This document shows, in pieces, positions 1-7,263 of a stretch of 28,306 nucleotides of DNA (the first letter of the stretch is position 1; each line of letters opens with the position of its first letter). Under the pieces are notes generated by a model, which was not told where the DNA came from, searched no databases, and saw nothing but the letters and a program-made list of their open reading frames with translations. Location: positions 1 through 28,306 of IMG/VR virus record IMGVR_UViG_3300022178_000338; one strand, written 5' to 3'. Both the position numbers and the translations under genes were made by a program. Source of the DNA: a virus (lineage: Duplodnaviria; Caudoviricetes).

Positions 1-578
1 GGTGTATCATATGTACCGGCTCTTTTATTAATACCTACAAATTCTCGCCCACTTGCACTATCACCAATACGACTTCTTAACGCCCTTATTTCAGCATTTG
101 TGGGACCGCCCTCTTTATAACCTACAATACCGCCCGCTGCCATACCTATATTCTGTGGGTCATTAGCTGCGATACCAGTTTCTGAAACCGTGTCTGTAAT
201 AACTTGTTCACCTTGAGAAGGCATACCTTGAGGTATAGCTTCTTGTACTATTTGTGCTGCTACGGTTTGCATTGGTGGTACAACAGGAGCAGGAGAACTT
301 TTACTCTTTATTGCGCCAAGCAGTTGATATGTTTCTACACCAGCTCCGTGCAGTTGATTAACTATATTTCCGTTATTGCTGGGGTCTTGCATATACTCAA
401 TAAGCGCGGCTTTATCTATTCTTTTTAAAGAATCCGCTACTTCAATTGGGTTTAGATACTGCCCTTGTTTAACAGGAGCTGTTTCTCTACGTAAAGCCTC
501 TTGACGATTAGATCGCCCTAGTCCACCCACCATATCCATTGGTCTATTACCTTGTGCTAGTCCCATTATTCCGTTCAT
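1..578 (-). CDS. Partial (runs off the left edge) internal virion / DNA-ejection-type protein; not in the ORF track
   Basis: ATG at 578-576 overlaps the upstream stop (TAATG). Hand translation is open to the window edge: MNGIMGLAQGNRPMDMGGGLGRSNRQEAL...QNIGMAAGGIVGYKEGGPTNAEIRALR... It follows a gp7-like ejection gene. Confidence 0.75.
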   Translation of the reverse strand, partial: MNGIMGLAQGNRPMDMVGGLGRSNRQEALRRETAPVKQGQYLNPIEVADSLKRIDKAALIEYMQDPSNNGNIVNQLHGAGVETYQLLGAIKSKSSPAPVVPPMQTVAAQIVQEAIPQGMPSQGEQVITDTVSETGIAANDPQNIGMAAGGIVGYKEGGPTNAEIRALRSRIGDSASGREFVGINKRAGTYDT

Positions 579-1861
579 TATGAGTTCCCCAACATTTTAG
601 CTAAACCAAGACCAGCCAACCCAGTACCGGCAATCTGAGAAGATAAGCTTGGAGGTGGCGCATAATTCGTAACTGTTGAACCCAAAGCAGAAGCGTTACC
701 GCGTAGAATATCAGATTGAAACTGTAATAATTTTCTTTGGTAGTCTTCTTCTTCTCTAAACACTTGATAATTAAGATCATCAATTTGTTGTTGTAGCATT
801 TGCTGCTCACCTGCACTTACAGCCTGTGCTTTAAGTCTTTCTAAATCTGCTACTTGTGTTCTAGCAGCCATAGTACCAGTAGCTTCAGCTCCGGTTAGTC
901 CTGTTTGTAGTCCTGTAAGGCCCAACTCTTTTTGTTGCCCTATAGCAAATTGTTCGGCCTGTTGCTCTCTAGCTCTTTGATCCATGTCGGCTTTTAATGT
1001 AGCTTCTTCAGCTGACATACCTGCAGCTCGATCTGCATTAAATTGTTTTTGTGCCGCTGTAAAGGCATTCTGTGAACCTTGAGCTTGAATTTTACCAAGT
1101 TGAGTGGCTAAATTTCTATCACCTTCACTAGACATTAGAGCCTGCCTGCCACCACCAAAAGTACCGCGTCCTAAACTACCTAAAGCCTGTTGATTTTTTG
1201 TTATATCAGCCTGTCTTCTAGCTTCGGCTAACTGAACATCAACAACATTTTGTTGATAAGGACTCATGTACTGTTGAGCCTGTTGATTACCAAAAGTGCT
1301 AGGAGCATTCATACCTAAGCTAGTAAGAGAACCAGGAGTATAATTTAAAGCATTTGTTATGCCTGTTTGAGCAGCACCCAAACCTAAATTAGTACCTTGT
1401 TGTAGACCTGCTTGAGAATTAGCAAGCCCACCGGGAGTTTGCAAGCCAGCCACTTGATTTTGTATTGCTTGCTGTTGATCTGTAAACCCAGCTATTCTTT
1501 CTCCTTCATAAGGAGTGTAGTCCTGTACGCCTGTAACTTGTCCTGCGCTATCTGTAGTATACGTCTGCTTACCCGCTTGCTTCATTAACTCTTGGTAGTA
1601 AGGTTCAGCGTACTCAGGTAAATTAGTAGAGTAGCTAGTAGTTTCTGAAGGCTTAGAAGAACCACCACCTTTAAATTCTAGTAACCCTGTTTTTGCATTA
1701 ATTGTACCCGAACCACCAACGGCTCTAAGTAATGCAACTTCAAAAGAGTTAACATGAGCTAATGCGGTATCACCCTCATCTCCCTTAGAAGCTATATCGG
1801 AATATAGATTCTTGAGCGCCCATACTTTAAATTTATTTGGTAATAGCTTTAGTACATTCAT
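578..1861 (-). CDS. Putative DNA transfer/ejection protein (P22 gp7/gp20-like position and composition)
   Basis: 427 aa, Gln/Ala/Gly-rich helical body, N-terminal GDTxLAHV...GGSGTINxxTGLxEF segment followed by KGGG, C-terminal hydrophobic GTGLAGLGLA. Lies immediately after a GNAT-like gene. Confidence 0.65.
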   Translation of the reverse strand: MNVLKLLPNKFKVWALKNLYSDIASKGDEGDTALAHVNSFEVALLRAVGGSGTINAKTGLLEFKGGGSSKPSETTSYSTNLPEYAEPYYQELMKQAGKQTYTTDSAGQVTGVQDYTPYEGERIAGFTDQQQAIQNQVAGLQTPGGLANSQAGLQQGTNLGLGAAQTGITNALNYTPGSLTSLGMNAPSTFGNQQAQQYMSPYQQNVVDVQLAEARRQADITKNQQALGSLGRGTFGGGRQALMSSEGDRNLATQLGKIQAQGSQNAFTAAQKQFNADRAAGMSAEEATLKADMDQRAREQQAEQFAIGQQKELGLTGLQTGLTGAEATGTMAARTQVADLERLKAQAVSAGEQQMLQQQIDDLNYQVFREEEDYQRKLLQFQSDILRGNASALGSTVTNYAPPPSLSSQIAGTGLAGLGLAKMLGNS

Positions 1862-1863
1862 TT

Positions 1864-2286
1864 TTATTTCCCTACTGGTAATTCGTATAATGTATATCTA
1901 GAAACATAACCATCGTTCTTCCACATTTTTTCCCAACCTGGTCTGCCATATGATTCTATTACATCGCAGTTATTATCTTTTGCAAAGTTTTGAAATATTT
2001 CCAAGCCCTTGTGCCCCCACTTCTTAAATTCATCTCCCCCTACAAAGTGCATAGTAAGAGTTTTTAATCTAGGGAACTCAATAATCTCAGTAACGCCAGC
2101 CCCATAAATTTTATCTTTATCAAATGCGATCCACAATTGTTGTGCGGTATCGGGTGCAGTTAAGTTATCTTTTATATCTTCTGCTAAGAACCTGCCATAA
2201 GTATACTCTGCGGCACGCTCCATATGTTTTTTTACTCTGGGCCAAATCTCATCAATGTGATCTGTTGGCACTAAAGAGATGTGCAT
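1864..2286 (-). CDS. GNAT-fold acetyltransferase-like virion assembly protein (P22 gp14 / T7 gp13 positional analogue)
   Basis: 140 aa with QQLWIAF, GAGVTEI, FAKDNNCDVIESYGRPGWEK; sits between internal virion protein genes as in podoviruses. Confidence 0.65.
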   Translation of the reverse strand: MHISLVPTDHIDEIWPRVKKHMERAAEYTYGRFLAEDIKDNLTAPDTAQQLWIAFDKDKIYGAGVTEIIEFPRLKTLTMHFVGGDEFKKWGHKGLEIFQNFAKDNNCDVIESYGRPGWEKMWKNDGYVSRYTLYELPVGK

Positions 2287-3632
2287 TACGCAAGTGCACC
2301 TATTCCATCACTCATTGGCATATACTCCTCTACATCAATCTCTTTAATTTGTTCTCTCTGACCTGTAGATGCTTCTCTAATATCACCTAACATTTTATAA
2401 AATTTTCTAGCTCCAGCTTCAGAAGAACCATTACCTGCGAAAGAAACAACGTCAGCAGGTACTACAAACTCTCCTTCAGATAATGCAGCGGGTTGTGTTT
2501 CATCAATAGTAGCTGCAATACTGTCACTCATTCCATCGCGTTCTGTTGACATAACTTCAGTTTCTGATCCTTCCATAACCGCTGGTACACCACCACCTTC
2601 TAAGTAACCACCATCAGCATAATTTCTTTTTCCTATGTAACCACCATTAGCAATTAATCTTAATCCAGTATCGTTACTTAAATCGAGTCTATCATTAGGG
2701 TCATACATACCATCTTCTATTTGCGTAAAGTCCATAGGTTGAGTTTCAAATAAGCCCGCCTGAACAGCTGGGCCTAGTCCCATAAGACCTAGCCTACCTG
2801 CGCCTTTAGCAGTTCCGTATTTTCCTTCGCCTCCAAGACGGTTTAATCCAGCACTAAAACTTCTATCTATAGGGGGAGCACTATTAGCTCTTATAAGAGA
2901 TTGCTGTGGTCCATAAGGGTCTAAAGATGATGTACTAGTTAGATAATTTGTGTTATTAGTTCCAACAACTGTGGGATCAAACGTATTACCCCCCATCAAT
3001 GCTGGAGCATTGGGATCAAAGTTTAACCCTTGTTCATATTGTGCTTGAGTTAAGCCTCCGCCGGGAAGATCCCCCACCAATCCTGAAGCATTGGGATTAA
3101 ATTTTAACCCTTGTTCATACCCTGCTTGATTCATAGAACTACCGGGAATACCAAATCTCTGTGTTCCTGCTCCTGGTCCTGATGGTAGTCCCGAAACAAA
3201 TTGATTAGTTGCTCCTGGCCCAAATGGGTCTGCAAAAGTACTGCCTGATATACCCTGATTTGTAAAAGCGCTGCCTGATACACCCTGAGATGTAGGAGCA
3301 TAATAATTTAACCCTTGTTCATACCCTGCTTGAGTTAAGCCTCCGCCAGTCGATGTGCCCGCAGTTGATGTGCTTGCAGCAGGTGCAGCGGATGCTGGGT
3401 TAAATGCATTCATTAAACTTCCACCTGACATACCCCCCAAACCGCCGGTAACTGCACCCATTAATGGATCTTCACCTTTTAAAGCAGCGATGCCACCCCC
3501 TGTAGCAGCACCAGCAAGTGCGGCCGTGCCCATACTACCTTTTGCTAACGCTGCACCACCAGGTCCAAAGAAAGCTCCAGCTGCAATAGGTATCAAAACT
3601 TCTGGACTAAAAATATCGCTAAACCAACCCAT
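2286..3632 (-). CDS. Putative internal virion/ejection protein with hydrophobic Gly/Ala N-terminus, internal repeats and a C-terminal DGMSDSI...LSEGEFVVPADVV domain
   Basis: 448 aa ORF; membrane-like N-terminal helices; low-complexity middle; IANGG/YADGG/YLEGG motifs before the C-terminal domain. Confidence 0.65.
   Translation of the reverse strand: MGWFSDIFSPEVLIPIAAGAFFGPGGAALAKGSMGTAALAGAATGGGIAALKGEDPLMGAVTGGLGGMSGGSLMNAFNPASAAPAASTSTAGTSTGGGLTQAGYEQGLNYYAPTSQGVSGSAFTNQGISGSTFADPFGPGATNQFVSGLPSGPGAGTQRFGIPGSSMNQAGYEQGLKFNPNASGLVGDLPGGGLTQAQYEQGLNFDPNAPALMGGNTFDPTVVGTNNTNYLTSTSSLDPYGPQQSLIRANSAPPIDRSFSAGLNRLGGEGKYGTAKGAGRLGLMGLGPAVQAGLFETQPMDFTQIEDGMYDPNDRLDLSNDTGLRLIANGGYIGKRNYADGGYLEGGGVPAVMEGSETEVMSTERDGMSDSIAATIDETQPAALSEGEFVVPADVVSFAGNGSSEAGARKFYKMLGDIREASTGQREQIKEIDVEEYMPMSDGIGALA
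3007..3347. repeat. Intragenic direct repeats: three copies encoding QA(G/Q)YEQGL plus a 30-nt-period tandem pair
   Basis: tttaacccttgttcata starts at 3022, 3103 and 3307; copies 1 and 3 extend to gcttgagttaagcctccgcc. ctgcctgata(t/c)accctga occurs at 3241 and 3271. Confidence 0.9.
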
Positions 3633-3678
3633 AATAAAACCTGTTAATCTTTGTTAATTATAACTATCGATTTTCTCG

Positions 3679-3707
3679 ATAGTACCATGTAGTGTAACAC
3701 TTATAAA
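3679..3707 (-). promoter_or_regulatory. Candidate sigma70-like promoter for the ejection-protein genes
   Basis: Minus strand TTTATA-17 nt-TACTAT with TGn extension, in an 83-nt intergenic gap; overlapped by two inverted repeats. Confidence 0.45.
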
Positions 3708-3715
3708 CCCTTTTG

Positions 3716-4063
3716 TTATACTGCTTGACCGCCACTAATCGTTACAGTACAACCTGTTGCAGAACCTTTAACTTCTATAGTATCACCAGGATTAAGAATC
3801 TGTAGTCCTGACCACTGTAAATACTCTTGTTTTGCTATGCTGTAATCAGCTATAACTGCATTACTTGTACCTGTTGTTGTTGCTTCAGGAACTATATTTA
3901 CTGATACGGTAATGGCAGCGCCACCAGACCCTGTTGTATTAGCAATCATAATATCTTTTATATAGGTTCGCGTATCAGTTGGTGACGTATAGATAACAAC
4001 ATAGCCGGTTGTTATAGCTGCTTGTGCTATTTTAATTCCTGTAATGTCTTGAAAATCAGCCAT
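3716..4063 (-). CDS. Small beta-rich virion structural protein (115 aa, start revised to MADFQ)
   Basis: ATG at 4063 is coupled to the previous stop by TAATG; ends ILNPGDTIEVKGSATGCTVTISG, typical of small phage tail-associated proteins. Confidence 0.7.
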   Translation of the reverse strand: MADFQDITGIKIAQAAITTGYVVIYTSPTDTRTYIKDIMIANTTGSGGAAITVSVNIVPEATTTGTSNAVIADYSIAKQEYLQWSGLQILNPGDTIEVKGSATGCTVTISGGQAV

Positions 4064-4248
4064 TAATAAACTCCTAACCAACCAAGAACACTATTACTTT
4101 TAATACTTCTTATTTCTTCTGCGTTTGCAGCGTCTAAAGAGTTAAAATAAATCCGTAGTTGGTTATTAAGTTGTTCTTGTGTACCTTGCTCATATTCAGT
4201 AGAAGGGTTAACTAAATTAGGTCCAGTCGGTTGTGTTATATCTGCCAT
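4063..4248 (-). CDS. Small hypothetical protein downstream of the tail nozzle
   Basis: 61 aa, tightly packed between neighbours; PxxEY...QLNNQLRIYFNSLD helix. Confidence 0.7.
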   Translation of the reverse strand: MADITQPTGPNLVNPSTEYEQGTQEQLNNQLRIYFNSLDAANAEEIRSIKSNSVLGWLGVY

Positions 4249-4249
4249 C

Positions 4250-6397
4250 TTAGCCTCTTAGTCCATCGGGTTTAGCATCAAGTCTTGTATCACCTAACTG
4301 CCACTGAGTTCCCAAAGTATTTGATGTTATTTTAAAACTAATTTGTCTACCCCTAGCTCTAAGAAAAACTTCATTAGTATACTGAGAAATAGTTCCTGCT
4401 GTGGTAACTACATTACGTGTTAGTGGAACCCCACCTACATCTGATACAGAGGTAGCTGCACCAGGAAACTTAGTAATGGCAACAGACATATCAACTTCTG
4501 GAGTAACAGCAGGATCAGAAGCGGTAAAATCAACGTCTGGTATTATCCGTTTAGTCAGCATATAAAACTCACCAGCATCTATATCAACAAAAGCAGACTC
4601 AATGTAAGCAGTAATAGGAAGAGACGTAGCTCCTAGTGGCTGCCCATCATCTGTTCCTCGTTCGTGGTTATATATATAACCATTAGCAGTCGCCAAAGGA
4701 AATTCATTAATTCCTGCATCAAGCCATGTTGTTCTATTAAGCTGTCCGTAATACCAAATTTTATCTCTATAATTATAAATAATATAACGATTAGCACTTG
4801 AGTTACCACTTGAACAGTAAAACCATACTACTTCATTAAATTCTTTATTTGACCCTGCATAAACGAGGCTTGATTGAACTCTATTAATATCTTCAAATAC
4901 ATAACGTAGTAGTGGACAAGGGAGTACATTGACTCGACCATCGTATTGGAAAAAGTTATCTGTACCCATCCAATAGGTAATGTTGTTTACCTCAACAACA
5001 GCGTTAGGCCCCATAATACTAGTAGAACTAGAAAGTAGCTGTAGTTTAAATACCTCGGCAGTACCTAAAAATTGCAGGGTATTTAGAGTACTTTCTGTCC
5101 ACACTAGCGTTTCCTGTCTTGTGTTAAGACCCGTAATAATTTTAGAACCTTCTTGTATTCTTAAAAATCCTGCAGAGTTAGCTATCTCAGGTTTCCAATA
5201 TTCGGGTTTAGGCCCTATATCTGCATTAACATCCGCCCAGCGAATAAGTAAAGGATCAAAGATACCCTGACTATAGTCATTGTAAACATAAGTTCCAACT
5301 GTAGTAGCATTTGATGCAGGAGCACTAAGCATTGTATAAGTAAATGTAGTTCCGCTTGTAACAGTTATTTGATAATCACCAAGATAATCTTTGGGTTGTT
5401 GTCCTGACATCGTCACGTAGTCACCCGTCTCTAAATTATGACTACTAGCTGTAGTTACCGTAGCTACTCTGTTTCCTGCAACGCGAGTAATACTATTAAT
5501 TGATATGCCTGCAGTATCAACTTGACTATATTCACTACAACCAAGAGCAAGTAAATGACCTGAAGGAGCAAAAAAGGTTTGTTCTGTTTTAGTTGGTACA
5601 GCAATTGCACCCGAAATACTACTTAATAAAACAGCTCTAGTAGTAAACCCAGCGCTAAAATCCCAATAAAAAATAGGACCCTCGTCATTTAGATTAAAAA
5701 TAAGATCATCATTAAAGTTGTCCATAAAGACAAGGCGAACACTAATAAGGGCGGGTGTAGCAGAACCCGAACCCCAAGTACCACGACCCCAAGTGCTAGT
5801 GCCCCAACCATAACCACCCACTGAAGTATCGGGACCAATGTTAATTTCAAATGCCGCGGTAATTCCTGTACCCCCTCCAGTTGCTGCAGAAGTTGCAGTG
5901 CCCGCGGTTGAGATACTAAAGCTATTTGCATTAATATAAGTTATTTCAAAGTTTTGATTTAGTTGGGCGGCGGTAACACCACCAACAGCAGCGGCGCCAC
6001 TAAAAGTAACAAAGTCACCATTTTGTGCTCCGTGTCCTGTAATAGCTACAGTAACAACACCAGAACCCGAAGTAGTAGTAAAACAATTATTTGTAGCAGT
6101 AGAAGTAAAAGTAGCACGAATAGGAGTAATGTCGTAAAGGGCTGTACCTGCTCGAATATATATTTTTTGACTTGTAGCTAGTCCTGTAAGTTCAATACCA
6201 GTAAAAGTAGAATAAACAAAAATTTTAACCGCTTCTCCTACATATCGGTCAAAAGTAGCTACCGTCCAGCCACCTATTTTTTCTGCGTAACCCTCTCTAA
6301 AACGAATTTTGTCTCCATCATACCAACCGCCCATAGAAGCTAAGTTACTTCGGTCTCGATTAATACCGGGGAGAAACTTTAATTTTGTTAGTGGCAT
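4250..6397 (-). CDS. Tail nozzle / tail tubular protein B (P22 gp10-like DNA stabilisation beta-propeller) with two inserted small beta domains
   Basis: 715 aa; MPLxKLKFxPGINR start, LIRWAD, YWMGTDNFFQYDG, EVVWFY, RARGRQ, C-terminal DGLRG; position before the ejection genes. Confidence 0.7.
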   Translation of the reverse strand: MPLTKLKFLPGINRDRSNLASMGGWYDGDKIRFREGYAEKIGGWTVATFDRYVGEAVKIFVYSTFTGIELTGLATSQKIYIRAGTALYDITPIRATFTSTATNNCFTTTSGSGVVTVAITGHGAQNGDFVTFSGAAAVGGVTAAQLNQNFEITYINANSFSISTAGTATSAATGGGTGITAAFEINIGPDTSVGGYGWGTSTWGRGTWGSGSATPALISVRLVFMDNFNDDLIFNLNDEGPIFYWDFSAGFTTRAVLLSSISGAIAVPTKTEQTFFAPSGHLLALGCSEYSQVDTAGISINSITRVAGNRVATVTTASSHNLETGDYVTMSGQQPKDYLGDYQITVTSGTTFTYTMLSAPASNATTVGTYVYNDYSQGIFDPLLIRWADVNADIGPKPEYWKPEIANSAGFLRIQEGSKIITGLNTRQETLVWTESTLNTLQFLGTAEVFKLQLLSSSTSIMGPNAVVEVNNITYWMGTDNFFQYDGRVNVLPCPLLRYVFEDINRVQSSLVYAGSNKEFNEVVWFYCSSGNSSANRYIIYNYRDKIWYYGQLNRTTWLDAGINEFPLATANGYIYNHERGTDDGQPLGATSLPITAYIESAFVDIDAGEFYMLTKRIIPDVDFTASDPAVTPEVDMSVAITKFPGAATSVSDVGGVPLTRNVVTTAGTISQYTNEVFLRARGRQISFKITSNTLGTQWQLGDTRLDAKPDGLRG

Positions 6398-6423
6398 ATT
6401 TTTATCTCATCACGTCTTACGGT

Positions 6424-6452
6424 ATTCTAACACCTACTTGCCCCAATGACGA
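6424..6452 (-). promoter_or_regulatory. Candidate extended -10 promoter upstream of the nozzle gene
   Basis: Minus strand TCGTCA-17 nt-TAGAAT with TGn extension (TGTTAGAAT). Confidence 0.4.
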
Positions 6453-6916
6453 CTACCGAACCAAAAACCTATAATACTAGCCACAATAGCCATTTCTTCA
6501 TCAGAGAATACAATATCCATTGCGGTTTGAAATTCTACACCAGACTTAATAGCCCAAATCATACCAGCAATATCAACAAAAAGAAGAAGAGAAATAAACA
6601 CATAAGTGATAATAGGACGCACAGAGGATCTAAGATTAATAACCCACTGGCTCGCGTTTTCAGCCATTCCCGTATCGTGTTTATATAAGTCTGTGCGTTC
6701 TTGGGCATAAGTTTGCATATTAACTTGATCGGTTTTAGATTCTTCAATTTTCTCTTGAGAGGCGAATCCTTTTGCAGCCATTGCCAAAGAGCGTTCTGTA
6801 GCCAGTCTAGCCATTTCTTGTTCATGCTTTTGATTTCCTTTTTCCTGAAAAAACTTTAGCACATTAGGCAGTCCTGATGTAGCAAAACCTAATATACCAG
6901 ATAACATAGATAACAT
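6434..6916 (-). CDS. Putative 3-TM holin (GTA-release holin-like)
   Basis: 160 aa; N-terminal amphipathic helix, coiled region, WVINLRSSVRPIITY followed by a TM, and C-terminal IIGFWFGSR; strong GGAGG RBS. Confidence 0.7.
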   Translation of the reverse strand: MLSMLSGILGFATSGLPNVLKFFQEKGNQKHEQEMARLATERSLAMAAKGFASQEKIEESKTDQVNMQTYAQERTDLYKHDTGMAENASQWVINLRSSVRPIITYVFISLLLFVDIAGMIWAIKSGVEFQTAMDIVFSDEEMAIVASIIGFWFGSRHWGK

Positions 6917-6927
6917 AATTTATCCTC

Positions 6928-7263
6928 CTAATAGTTTAACGGGTTTTCCAAAGCTTTAGTAATTTTCTTATCTATTCGTTCTTCTAGCTTATACATATCA
7001 GCAGATAGCTTTTCTATAATCTTAACTTGTTGTTCCATTGTCTGACGAATAGTTAAATTCTCTGCTGCAAACACTGCTACTTTTTTATCTACATCACTTA
7101 AATCTGGCGCAACATAACTTTGTATTTGTTCTTTCATATCTGTATAGTCTTTATAGAACTCAAAGCCACCCCACAAACCACCTATAATACTACCAATTAA
7201 AGGTATGATTAATAGTAGTTTACTACCACCTACTTTGACTCCCGCGTATTCTATCTCTGCCAT
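6928..7263 (-). CDS. Single-TM coiled-coil membrane protein
   Basis: 111 aa; LLLIIPLIGSIIGGLWGGF TM followed by a heptad-like helical region. Confidence 0.7.
   Translation of the reverse strand: MAEIEYAGVKVGGSKLLLIIPLIGSIIGGLWGGFEFYKDYTDMKEQIQSYVAPDLSDVDKKVAVFAAENLTIRQTMEQQVKIIEKLSADMYKLEERIDKKITKALENPLNY

Noticed and set aside
3007-3347. Spaced direct repeats as a possible CRISPR mini-array
   Set aside because: Irregular spacing, all copies in frame within a CDS, no palindromic repeat structure and no cas genes.
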